Part shown: one piece after another, positions 29,072 through 38,116 of the stretch | How positions within the stretch are numbered: position 1 is the first letter of the stretch | How the letters are laid out: every line of letters begins with the position of its first letter | Assembly (NCBI GenBank): GCA_964584655.1 | Contig: CAZPBD010000002.1 | Location: 1-61,619, forward strand | Source of the DNA: an uncultured Pseudobdellovibrionaceae bacterium | GTDB taxonomy: Bacteria; Bdellovibrionota; Bdellovibrionia; Bdellovibrionales; Bdellovibrionaceae | Length of the DNA: 61,619 nt | Reading direction: 5' to 3' | The notes under the pieces: generated by a model | What the model saw: the letters and a program-made list of their open reading frames with translations, nothing else | Database searches by the model: none | What the model was told of the DNA's origin: nothing | Position numbers and translations under genes: made by a program

Positions 29072-29940
29072 TGTCTATTTTGATTAACAAAAACACACGC
29101 GTTATCACTCAAGGAATTACCGGATCTCAGGGTTCTTTCCACACTGAACAGTCGATGGCCTATGGCTCTCAATTCGTAGGTGGAGTAACACCGGGTAAAG
29201 GTGGAACAAAACACTTAGGATTGCCTGTCTTTAACACTGTTAAAGAAGCTAAGTTGGCAACAAATTGTAATACTTCGATGATTTTCGTGCCTCCACCATT
29301 TGCAGCAGATTCGATCATGGAAGCTGTAGATGCAGAATTAGATCTTGTGATTTGCATCACTGAAGGAATTCCTGTTTTAGACATGGTAAAAGTAAAACGA
29401 TACATGCAGGGCAGAAAAACTCGACTGATTGGACCCAATTGTCCCGGCGTGATCACGCCTGGGGAATGTAAAATCGGAATTATGCCCGGACATATTCACA
29501 AACAAGGTCGAATTGGAGTTCTTTCAAGATCTGGAACTTTAACTTATGAAGCTGTTCATCAGTTAACGGCTTTGGGTCTTGGTCAATCCACATGCGTGGG
29601 AATCGGTGGGGATCCTGTCAATGGAACAAATTTTATCGATGTTTTGAAACTTTTTAGCGAGGATAAAGACACCGATGCTGTCATCATGATTGGTGAAATT
29701 GGCGGTTCAGCTGAGGAAGAAGCGGCTGAGTGGATCAAAAAGAATTTCAAAAAGCCAGTGGCTGCATTTATTGCCGGAGCTTCAGCACCAGCAGGAAAAA
29801 GAATGGGTCATGCAGGCGCTATCATCAGCGGTGGCAAGGGAACAGCAGAAGCTAAGTTTGCAGCACTTGAAGCTGCCGGTTGTAAGATAGCAAGATCTCC
29901 CGCAGATCTTGGTACGACGCTCAAAAGCTTGCTAAAATAA
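29071..29940 (+). CDS. sucD: succinyl-CoA synthetase alpha subunit
   Basis: [17 protein letters not shown] and the phosphohistidine loop GHAGAII. Confidence 0.96.
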   Translation: MSILINKNTRVITQGITGSQGSFHTEQSMAYGSQFVGGVTPGKGGTKHLGLPVFNTVKEAKLATNCNTSMIFVPPPFAADSIMEAVDAELDLVICITEGIPVLDMVKVKRYMQGRKTRLIGPNCPGVITPGECKIGIMPGHIHKQGRIGVLSRSGTLTYEAVHQLTALGLGQSTCVGIGGDPVNGTNFIDVLKLFSEDKDTDAVIMIGEIGGSAEEEAAEWIKKNFKKPVAAFIAGASAPAGKRMGHAGAIISGGKGTAEAKFAALEAAGCKIARSPADLGTTLKSLLK

Positions 29941-29944
29941 CCAA

Positions 29945-31063
29945 ATGGAAATCGAAGCCTTTTTTCATCAACTCAAGCCTATTCATGACTGGATTGATAT
30001 AGAGGCTCTCGATGCCTACCAAGAAGTTCCAGAAAATTGGTGGATCTTGATGACTGACATCAAAGGCTCCACCAGCGCTATTCACAATGGACGCTACAAA
30101 GAGGTCAACACTCTGGGTGTATGTGCCATCATCAGCGTTCAAAATGTTCTAAAAACAGATCTATTCCCCTTCATTTTCGGAGGAGACGGCGCTACTTTAT
30201 TGGTCTCAGATTCAAAAAAAGAACAAGCCCTTCAAGCACTCAGCTACACAAGACAAGTGGCAAAAGATCAGTTCGGTTTTGAGCTCAGAGTTTTTTCGAT
30301 TCAGGTTTCTGAGTTGAAAAAGAAAATGAAATCAATTCAAGTGGCCGTTTTAGAGAACAAAGACAAACAAAAAGTCTTCTTATTCAAAGGTGGGGGAATC
30401 ACTCTTGCTGAATCCTTGATGAAAAAGGATTCATCTCTTGAGCTTCCCGCCAATTACCCGCAACAAGGCAGCCACGAAGGGCTCGAGTGCCGTTGGAACC
30501 CCGTTCCCTCGAACCGAGGATCCATCGTTTCATTCATCATTAATCCACTCACTGAAAATAACGCCATCGAAAATCTACTCGTCGATTTCCAGCATATTTT
30601 GAGATCTGCTCAACCAATAAAAGCTTCGTCGATCCCAGTTTCTTGGCCACCAAGACATCTCTCAAGTGAAACCAAGGCCAAAAAAAAGGGATTTTTTTTC
30701 AAACTCAAAATACTTTTGTATATTTTGCTGTTGTTTCCACTGATCAAACTAGGTCGCAATTCTAAGGGTTCTGCTGTCGACATTTATCTACACCAACTTC
30801 AGGACAACACAGACTTCGTCAAAAGAGACGATTCTTTACGATTGGTTGTGGATTTAACCGCCCAGGAAAAAGATAAAATCTTAAAAAAACTCAACGATTT
30901 ACAGAGCCAAGGACAAATCAGTTTTGGCTACCACGAAAGCCCCGAAGCCCTGATGACATGCATGGTAAGAAGTGCTTCCAATCACTTCCATTTCGTAGAT
31001 GGCAGCGATGGCGGCTATACACGGGCAGCTATTATGCTCAAAAATAACAAAAAGACCTCTTAA
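29945..31063 (+). CDS. nucleotide-cyclase-like protein of unknown function (recalled as DUF3095 family)
   Basis: WWILMTDIKGSTSAI ... FIFGGDGATLLV mimics the two metal-Asp segments of class III cyclase/GGDEF folds. An internal hydrophobic stretch FFFKLKILLYILLLFPLI is present. The family name is from memory. Confidence 0.6.
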   Translation: MEIEAFFHQLKPIHDWIDIEALDAYQEVPENWWILMTDIKGSTSAIHNGRYKEVNTLGVCAIISVQNVLKTDLFPFIFGGDGATLLVSDSKKEQALQALSYTRQVAKDQFGFELRVFSIQVSELKKKMKSIQVAVLENKDKQKVFLFKGGGITLAESLMKKDSSLELPANYPQQGSHEGLECRWNPVPSNRGSIVSFIINPLTENNAIENLLVDFQHILRSAQPIKASSIPVSWPPRHLSSETKAKKKGFFFKLKILLYILLLFPLIKLGRNSKGSAVDIYLHQLQDNTDFVKRDDSLRLVVDLTAQEKDKILKKLNDLQSQGQISFGYHESPEALMTCMVRSASNHFHFVDGSDGGYTRAAIMLKNNKKTS

Positions 31064-31130
31064 CGAGGGTTGCCTAAAGCCCTGAACTACGGCTAAAAGA
31101 AGAAGTCTTTAAATTAACAAGGAGTTACAA

Positions 31131-31556
31131 ATGGCCGTTGAAAAAACATTCTCAATTATTAAGCCTAATGCAGTTAAAAAAAATAAGATTGGTGACATCA
31201 TTGAACAATTCGAAACAAATGGTTTACGAATTGCTGCAGCAAAATTAACTATGATTAGTAAAGATAAGTGCGAGCTTTTTTATGCTGAACATAAAGAGCG
31301 TCCTTTTTTCGGTGAACTCGTAACTTTCATGACTTCTGGTCCTGTTGTGATGATGTGTTTAGTTGGCGAAAATGCAGTTCTGAAGAACCGTGAACTCATG
31401 GGCGCAACTGATCCTAAAAAAGCAAATCCTGGAACCATCCGTGCAAAGCATGGTGATAATGTTGGTGAAAATGCAGTTCATGGTTCTGACAGCATCGAAT
31501 CTGCAAAGCGTGAGCTTGCGATCTTTTTTGATCAGCACGAAATCGTTAATTTCTAA
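31131..31556 (+). CDS. ndk: nucleoside diphosphate kinase
   Basis: 141 aa. ERTFSIIKP-like start, GPVV.M and the catalytic-His segment NAVHGSD. Confidence 0.96.
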   Translation: MAVEKTFSIIKPNAVKKNKIGDIIEQFETNGLRIAAAKLTMISKDKCELFYAEHKERPFFGELVTFMTSGPVVMMCLVGENAVLKNRELMGATDPKKANPGTIRAKHGDNVGENAVHGSDSIESAKRELAIFFDQHEIVNF

Positions 31557-32740
31557 TGTCTGATGACTCTAAAAAGGGAGCTTCGAAAAAGAGCTCCCTT
31601 GTCGGCGAAAAAATCTCAATTCAAATTGAAAAGATGGTCGTCGGTGGGCAAGCCTTAGCCCGCCACGAAGGTCTTGTCGTTTTCGTCGATGATGCCGCTC
31701 CTGGTGACAAGCTGACGGTGCAAATCACTGAGCACAAAAAAAATCTCGCCTACGCACAGGTCGTCAGCCTCGATGAAGAATCTCAATTGCGAACAAAACC
31801 CGTCTGCACTCATTATGGAACTTGCGGTGGTTGCTCCTGGCAGCATTTAGATGCAAGCACTCAATTGGATCAAAAACAAAAAATTGTTGAAAGTTCATTG
31901 CGGGCTTTTATTGCTTCTCAAGCTATCCAAGTCCTACCGATTATCAAAAGCTCGGTTTCTTTCAACTATCGAAATCGTGTGCAAATGACTTACGACGGGA
32001 AAGATTTGTGCTTTTTCGGTCGAAGAAGTCAAAATCTGATTCCGATCAAACAGTGTGAACTAGCAGAAAAGCCGATTAACGATTTTATTCAATCTGGCAA
32101 AAAGAAGAATCTAAAACCTCAGCAGCGCTACGAAATTAGGATTTCTGAAACAAATCCCGATTATGCTGAAAGCTTTTTGGTTTCTGAAGACACGGCACAT
32201 TCAAATTTTTCGCAGGTCAATCGGTTTCAAAACCAAGACTTAATTGATTCTGCAATCAAAGCCTTAAAAAGCTCTGCCCAATCCCGACTTTTTGAACTCT
32301 ATGCTGGCTCTGGTAACTTTACTTTTCCATTTTTTAAAAATTTAAATTTTAAAGAAATTATAGCAGTTGAAGGCAGTCAGAAACTCGTGAGCCTTGCCCA
32401 CCAAAAGATTTTAACAGAAAATATATCTGCTAAAAAATTGAACTTTTTTGTCGGTGATGTCGAAAGCTTCCTAAACGTCAGCTGGCCTACCTCTGATGAT
32501 GTGGTTTTTATGGATCCTCCCCGAATAGGTTCAACAGAAGCCACGATGAAAATCCTCGCACTTTCAAAACCGCGTCAAATCGTTTATCTCAGCTGCCACC
32601 CAGTCACTCTCGCAAGAGATCTGCAGTGGTTGATGCAGCACCAGCCACGCTACAAAATTGATTTTATCCAGCCATTCGAAATGTTCCCGCAGACAGAACA
32701 TGTCGAGACCTTGGTGTCTCTAACGTTGACAGACATCTGA
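31556..32740 (+). CDS. RNA (uracil-5-)-methyltransferase, RlmD/RumA/TrmA family
   Basis: TRAM-like N-terminus, a Cys cluster C...CTHYGTCGGCSWQH and a SAM methyltransferase core (ELYAGSGNF ... MDPPR). Confidence 0.85.
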   Translation: MSDDSKKGASKKSSLVGEKISIQIEKMVVGGQALARHEGLVVFVDDAAPGDKLTVQITEHKKNLAYAQVVSLDEESQLRTKPVCTHYGTCGGCSWQHLDASTQLDQKQKIVESSLRAFIASQAIQVLPIIKSSVSFNYRNRVQMTYDGKDLCFFGRRSQNLIPIKQCELAEKPINDFIQSGKKKNLKPQQRYEIRISETNPDYAESFLVSEDTAHSNFSQVNRFQNQDLIDSAIKALKSSAQSRLFELYAGSGNFTFPFFKNLNFKEIIAVEGSQKLVSLAHQKILTENISAKKLNFFVGDVESFLNVSWPTSDDVVFMDPPRIGSTEATMKILALSKPRQIVYLSCHPVTLARDLQWLMQHQPRYKIDFIQPFEMFPQTEHVETLVSLTLTDI

Positions 32741-32759
32741 GTGATGCTAACCTGTTAAC

Positions 32760-33518
32760 ATGTCGTTTTTTCAAGCAAATCTGATGGCTCTTCTTTTTAT
32801 TTTTCTGGGTTGCACGTCATCTCAGAAGAACCAAGAATTAGCTCGTCGACATTACGACGTGGGAAACTCTCTCTACTCGGCTGGAAAGTATCCGCTAGCA
32901 CTCAAGGAATTGTTAAAGGCTCACAAATTAAGTCCTAACGACCCAGAAATCATGAATTCACTGGGAATTACTTACCAGGCTCGTGGACGTGGGGACCTCT
33001 CAGTTAAAATGCTTCAAAAGCTTCTTTCCGAACATCCGAAATATACAGAGGGAAGAATTAATCTTGTACGTGTTTATATTGAAAATAAAAATTTTGAATC
33101 TGCAGAAAAAGAATTAGCAAAAGTAAAACTCGATTTAACTTACGGGGCTTTAGATAAAGTTTATTTAAATGAAGGGCTTTTATTCTTCGATCAAAAAAAG
33201 TACGAGATGGCACTCGAGCCCTTTTCGAAGGCCATTCAGTTTAGCCGAGGCAATTGCTCAGCTCAGCACTTTTATGGAAGAAGTTTGTTCGAATTGAAGA
33301 GATATCCAGAGGCTACCCAAGCCTTAGACCGTGCTATTTCTTTTTGCCAGGCAGCTGGAAATGATGAGCCTCACTATTTCAGTGCTCTTGCCCACTATAG
33401 GTCTGGGGATAAAAGAAAAGCGGCTGTTCGATTTGACGAGATCATTAAACTCTACCCTAATGGTCAGTATGCTGAAAGGTCCAAATCTCTTCTTGAAATG
33501 GTACGGAAGGAACTCTAA
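32760..33518 (+). CDS. TPR-repeat lipoprotein (PilF/PilW-like)
   Basis: Lipobox LFIFLGC, several TPR units, and a position between a methyltransferase and rodZ as in the Pseudomonas ndk-rlmN-pilF-rodZ locus. Confidence 0.7.
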   Translation: MSFFQANLMALLFIFLGCTSSQKNQELARRHYDVGNSLYSAGKYPLALKELLKAHKLSPNDPEIMNSLGITYQARGRGDLSVKMLQKLLSEHPKYTEGRINLVRVYIENKNFESAEKELAKVKLDLTYGALDKVYLNEGLLFFDQKKYEMALEPFSKAIQFSRGNCSAQHFYGRSLFELKRYPEATQALDRAISFCQAAGNDEPHYFSALAHYRSGDKRKAAVRFDEIIKLYPNGQYAERSKSLLEMVRKEL

Positions 33519-34642
33519 TGAAAAAAACCGGTGAGCTCTTACGAAAAGCTCGAGAAGAAAAAGGCCTCTCTTTGCATGAGGTTGGAATTTTTTTAAAAAT
33601 TAACACTCGGATTTTACAAGCCATCGAAGATGGGGATCTTACTCGGTTACCTGCAAAAACTTTTTTACGAGGCTTTGTTCAGAGCTATTCAAAATATCTA
33701 AAGCTCAACACTGACGAAGTCCTTCAAGTGTTTCAAAATGAATTAAAGCCCGCTGCCGACATCCCTGAAACTGTTGTGGATGTAAAAGTAGAAACACCTG
33801 AAGTTAAAAGCCTACAAATCGAAAAAGAAGAAGTTCACACTCAGGTCCAAGAGCCGGTTGTTCAGCCAACTAAAGTTGACTCAACTCAATCGGTATTTAT
33901 TGGTCAAGGAATTGCTGGTGATAAATTAAAATACAAAACTGTTCTTATTTCGATTTTGTCATTGGTTTTAGTTTTCGTTATTTATTTTGGAAACAATTTA
34001 ATTCAAAGATATAAAAAAGAAGCTGAGTTCCCAACCGAGATAGAAGAACTTGAAATTGCTAAAGAGGCAGCCCCAAGTTCTGTTTTATTCAACGAAAAGA
34101 AAACTGATGGCGATCTCTTTAATGAAAAAGTCTCTGGAGTTTCTAGTCAGCCGAACGACAATAACCCGCTCTCGATGAAGCCTGCCACATCTTCTGCGGC
34201 GGTAACTAGCTCCAGTTCTGTCCCCACTTCACAAACATTACCAAAACTTCCAGTTGATACTACACCTGTGAAACCTGTTGTTGAAAAACCAGCTTCCATT
34301 GTCCCCGCACCAGCGCCAGTAATCACACCCTCTCAGCAAGTCACATTGAACGAAACGACTAGCTTACCAGCAGCACCAAGTGCAGATGCAAAGCCTGCTG
34401 TTGAAGGAAAGCCAGTTGAAGTCATAGTTGAGGCAAAAGAAAATGTTGAAATAGAATACTCCTCTGCCAAAAGCACTCCACAAAAACTGATTTTAAAGGG
34501 TGATCAAATTCATACTTTTAAAAGTCGGTCTGGAGTTAGACTCAAGATTAGCAACGGTGGCGCGGTCAACGTCATCGTTAATGGTCAAGACTTAGGAGCT
34601 CCTGGTGCCACTGGCCAAAGCATTCAACTCAATTACGAATAG
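33518..34642 (+). CDS. rodZ: cytoskeleton-associated protein RodZ-like
   Basis: N-terminal HTH (LRKAREEKGLSLHEVGIFLKINTRILQAIE), a TM helix, a Pro/Ser/Thr-rich linker and a C-terminal RodZ_C-like beta domain (LKISNGGAVNVIVNGQDLG). Confidence 0.8.
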   Translation: MKKTGELLRKAREEKGLSLHEVGIFLKINTRILQAIEDGDLTRLPAKTFLRGFVQSYSKYLKLNTDEVLQVFQNELKPAADIPETVVDVKVETPEVKSLQIEKEEVHTQVQEPVVQPTKVDSTQSVFIGQGIAGDKLKYKTVLISILSLVLVFVIYFGNNLIQRYKKEAEFPTEIEELEIAKEAAPSSVLFNEKKTDGDLFNEKVSGVSSQPNDNNPLSMKPATSSAAVTSSSSVPTSQTLPKLPVDTTPVKPVVEKPASIVPAPAPVITPSQQVTLNETTSLPAAPSADAKPAVEGKPVEVIVEAKENVEIEYSSAKSTPQKLILKGDQIHTFKSRSGVRLKISNGGAVNVIVNGQDLGAPGATGQSIQLNYE

Positions 34643-35960
34643 TCCTTGGCAACAACACTGGTGGTTCACGCTGGTGTTAAAAATTGGCCTCGCTTGCCTC
34701 ATCCCTTTTTTTTCAGACGAAGCTTACTATTGGGTTTGGTCTAAGAACTTACAGCTTTCCTATTTTGATCACCCACCATTTGTGGCCTGGCTTTTTTGGG
34801 TAGGACAAATTTTTGATCAGTTCGGAACTGCATCAAGACTTCCGTTTGCAATTCTATCTCATCTTACAATTTGGATATGGTGTTCATCTTTAGCAAGTGA
34901 TCTATCGAACAGTAAAAAAATTTTACTTCATTGGATTTTAATTCTTCATCCACTCACGGGACTAGGGGGCTTGGTTGCTAATCCAGATATTCCCTTTTTA
35001 TTTTTCTGGTCTCTTTCAATTGCTCTCTATTTGAAATCGTTCGAAACCCCTAATTCAAGAATTTTGCCCGCCTTATTGGGAATTGCATTAGGCTTAGCTT
35101 TTTGCTCAAAGTATTTAATTGCACTAATTTTACCAGTCATTGCTGTTCATCTTTTAATGAATCAAAATTGGAAGAGGATTTTACCGTCCACATACGTGGT
35201 GACATTTTTATTTGGCCTTATATTTTCACTTCCAGTTTTGATCTGGAATCACTTGAATGATTGGGTTTCTATTCAATTTCAGATTGATCACGGCTTGGGC
35301 CAAAAGGAATGGAAACCTGGTTGGACCCTTGATTTTTTAGTTGGGACTTTCGCACTCCTATTCCCTCCATTTGTCTATTTTTTCGTTAAAAAGTCTGCTT
35401 GGAAAGAGAAGGATTTTCATTCCATTGCCTTTCTCGTGCTCTTAGTTTTTTTCACTTATACAAGTTTTAAGGGTGATACCGAGCTCAATTGGCCAATCAT
35501 GATTTATCCTTCATTCTTTCTAGTTTTACTCAATCTCGATATCAAAATACCTAAAGCATTAACGAGCTATTTTGTTTTCTTTGCTAGCATGAGTTTGTTC
35601 TTAATTGGAGGCACTCTGGGTTTATGGGGCCAGCAAGTCCACGGTCGATTGAACGAAGGCATCAAGGCTAAAAAAATATATCTGCAATCCAAAGATTACA
35701 GTCCCCTTTATTTAAGCACCTATCAGAATGCGAGCTACTTTTGGTTTATATCCAAAAAACCCTTTTACAAATTGAATTCATCAAGTCGTTTTGATTTCTT
35801 TGATACTCTTTCTGAGTCGAAGCCAACTGGTCCACTATTTTATTTTTTAAAAGAGCAATACCAAATTATTCCAGAGGTATTTAAATCTGATTATACTTTC
35901 GAAAAAGTAGCTGATCTGGATTTTAAATATGAGATCTACAAGGCGGTTAGAAACCCATGA
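34605..35960 (+). CDS. ArnT/PMT-type (GT-C, family 39/83-like) membrane glycosyltransferase
   Basis: About 11 TM helices, with DEAYYW and FDHPPF motifs near the N-terminus. The start is uncertain (GTG 34605 overlaps rodZ, and an in-frame GTG lies downstream). Confidence 0.75.
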   Translation: MPLAKAFNSITNSPWQQHWWFTLVLKIGLACLIPFFSDEAYYWVWSKNLQLSYFDHPPFVAWLFWVGQIFDQFGTASRLPFAILSHLTIWIWCSSLASDLSNSKKILLHWILILHPLTGLGGLVANPDIPFLFFWSLSIALYLKSFETPNSRILPALLGIALGLAFCSKYLIALILPVIAVHLLMNQNWKRILPSTYVVTFLFGLIFSLPVLIWNHLNDWVSIQFQIDHGLGQKEWKPGWTLDFLVGTFALLFPPFVYFFVKKSAWKEKDFHSIAFLVLLVFFTYTSFKGDTELNWPIMIYPSFFLVLLNLDIKIPKALTSYFVFFASMSLFLIGGTLGLWGQQVHGRLNEGIKAKKIYLQSKDYSPLYLSTYQNASYFWFISKKPFYKLNSSSRFDFFDTLSESKPTGPLFYFLKEQYQIIPEVFKSDYTFEKVADLDFKYEIYKAVRNP

Positions 35961-37162
35961 GAACATTAGTTGTTCTAACTTTTATTTTGCTTTTTTATTT
36001 CATCTACGGATTTTATATCTCCCAGTTTGATGTTGGAGCTTTGCGAACCCAAATTCAGGTTCAAAATGAAGGTCCGTTTTACGATTACAAAGGACTTTTA
36101 AATGTCATGACTCGAAAAAGCTCCGGATCTGGGCTGGTTCCACAGATTAACGACGAGGCAAAATCCGTTGGAGCTGATTTTATTATTTATACCGATATCA
36201 CTTCATTTGATACAACTCCGCAGTCAGATACTTATGACGGCCGCCTTTTAGTTTTATACGGATCTAAAAATAGTTATTTAGATTCAAGACTTCTCTATTT
36301 TTCACCTACTGAAAAAGTTTTGGGCCACAGTTTCGGAGAGGCTCAAACGGCACTTGCTGATTTAATCACTCAGAATCCACAGAACCGCCCGGACTCGTTG
36401 GTTATTTTATCTCACCCTTTTTTGAAGGGCTTTGAGTGGTCAGGGCAATGGCCAGAGGGATTGGATGGCATTGAACTTCTGAATAGTAAATCCATGAGTT
36501 TTCGCGCCTGGAGCAGTTCTAAACTTTCTGTTTTTTGGACTTTTCTAATTTATCCATTCAATCCACAGCTTTCTCTCTTTCGACTCTTTCAAGAGCCCAG
36601 TCAGGAAATTGCGCTTCTTGATCAGCTCTCTCAAGAAAGAAAAATATTTGCTTTTACAGGTTCCGAAGCCAGTGCGCGGGCCATTCCGTTTGCCGGTTAC
36701 TTAATGAGATTTCCCAGCTATTTTAAAATTTTTGAGCTCATGAGCCAACACGTTTTATTAGAAACAGAACTGACCGGAAACTTGGCTTTAGATCGAGCTA
36801 AAATTTTAGATGCCCTAAAAAAAGGACAGTTTTATTTGTGTCTGGATCTTTTAGGAGATCCACGTGGATTTTATAATTACATGTCCACAAAAACTGACAA
36901 ATGGATGATGGGGTCAAATTTAAAACTGACGAAAGATCTGACTTTAAAAATTAAACTCCCCGAAAAACCAAAGGCATTTTTTGAGATTGTCGTTTATCGA
37001 AATGGCAGTCGTTATAAAACAGTGAATGTGGATGAGGTTGAAGTTCCTATTAATGATCCGGGCGTTTACCGAGTCCAAGTCAGAATCGCACAAAGGTTTC
37101 CGCTTCCTGACGCGATTAAGTGGATCACATGGATTTACGGAAATCCGTACTACGTAAAGTAA
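35957..37162 (+). CDS. hypothetical membrane-anchored protein (401 aa)
   Basis: N-terminal TM helix. ATGA overlap with the glycosyltransferase gene. No confident family call (see findings). Confidence 0.5.
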   Translation: MRTLVVLTFILLFYFIYGFYISQFDVGALRTQIQVQNEGPFYDYKGLLNVMTRKSSGSGLVPQINDEAKSVGADFIIYTDITSFDTTPQSDTYDGRLLVLYGSKNSYLDSRLLYFSPTEKVLGHSFGEAQTALADLITQNPQNRPDSLVILSHPFLKGFEWSGQWPEGLDGIELLNSKSMSFRAWSSSKLSVFWTFLIYPFNPQLSLFRLFQEPSQEIALLDQLSQERKIFAFTGSEASARAIPFAGYLMRFPSYFKIFELMSQHVLLETELTGNLALDRAKILDALKKGQFYLCLDLLGDPRGFYNYMSTKTDKWMMGSNLKLTKDLTLKIKLPEKPKAFFEIVVYRNGSRYKTVNVDEVEVPINDPGVYRVQVRIAQRFPLPDAIKWITWIYGNPYYVK

Positions 37163-37163
37163 A

Positions 37164-37481
37164 TCAAATACTGACCTTGATGTCTCCAAAGACGTAACTT
37201 TGACAGGCCAGTCTCTCGTCTTTCAAAAAACGACGATCAGCTGCAATCTCACTTTCAAGTTCTTGCATTTCTGAGATGTGATCGAAGCCCGCAACCACGC
37301 GGTACAAGCAGGTTCCGCAGGTTCCATTCCCGCCGCAACTCTGGTCAATTGAAACATGAAGATCATTTAAAATTTCTAAAAGGGGTTTATTTGGATCCTG
37401 CACAATGCTGTGCGAAACAACTGACCCATTCGTCTCGATTTCAATCGTCAGTTTCATATTGGTAGTTGAATCCATACCCAT
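37164..37481 (-). CDS. 2Fe-2S ferredoxin
   Basis: C-x5-C-x2-C ... C pattern (SCGGNGTCGTC ... LACQ). The start could be Met1, Met3 or Met9. Confidence 0.85.
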   Translation of the reverse strand: MGMDSTTNMKLTIEIETNGSVVSHSIVQDPNKPLLEILNDLHVSIDQSCGGNGTCGTCLYRVVAGFDHISEMQELESEIAADRRFLKDERLACQSYVFGDIKVSI

Positions 37482-37501
37482 GATTCTGTATCAAGAAATT
37501 C

Positions 37502-38116
37502 ATGCAATTCATAGCTTTTGACTTAGAAACCACAGGTACTGTTCCAGGGGCTGACTCTATCGCAGAAATCGGTGCCATCCGATTTAAAGATGGGGTCATT
37601 GATTCTGTTTACTGCACTCTCATCGATCCACTCAGACCCATGCCACCGGGTGCTTCGGCTGTGAATGGCTTAACTGACGACATGTTAAAAGGCCAACCAA
37701 CAATCGAGCAGGTTTTGCCATCATTTGCAGAGTTTTGCGGTGATGACTTAATGGTCGCACACAATGCTCCTTTTGATTGTCAGTTTCTTGTAGCCGCTAT
37801 TAAAAAGTTCGAACTTCCAGCACCCAATGGAATTGTTTTAGATTCACTTCCAATTGCTAGAAAAGTTCTTCCGGGTTTGCCTAATTATAAATTGGGCACT
37901 TTAATTCAACACTTGAAAATTCCATCCGGAACTTTCCACCGAGCGGAAGCCGATGCGACCTACCTAGGTCACATGTTTCAAATCTTGATGAAAAGAATTT
38001 CAATCGGTGGCCAAGCGCCCAAGATCGAAAACTTAGTCGCCCTGACCGGCAAGCCAGAGTTTCGCTTTCCTCAAATTCAGCGCCAACCTAAACAGCTCGA
38101 TTTTTTAAGTCTTTAA
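37502..38116 (+). CDS. DEDDh 3'-5' exonuclease (DnaQ/PolIII-epsilon-like)
   Basis: ExoI FDLETTG, ExoII AHNAPFDCQFL and ExoIII HRAEADA motifs. Confidence 0.85.
   Translation: MQFIAFDLETTGTVPGADSIAEIGAIRFKDGVIDSVYCTLIDPLRPMPPGASAVNGLTDDMLKGQPTIEQVLPSFAEFCGDDLMVAHNAPFDCQFLVAAIKKFELPAPNGIVLDSLPIARKVLPGLPNYKLGTLIQHLKIPSGTFHRAEADATYLGHMFQILMKRISIGGQAPKIENLVALTGKPEFRFPQIQRQPKQLDFLSL

Noticed and set aside
30680-30699. A8-GGGA-T8 palindromic homopolymer pair inside the cyclase-like gene, considered as a phase-variation or hairpin element.
   Set aside because: It encodes KKKGFFF. A/T runs from Lys/Phe codons are ubiquitous in this AT-rich sequence. Nothing distinguishes this one.
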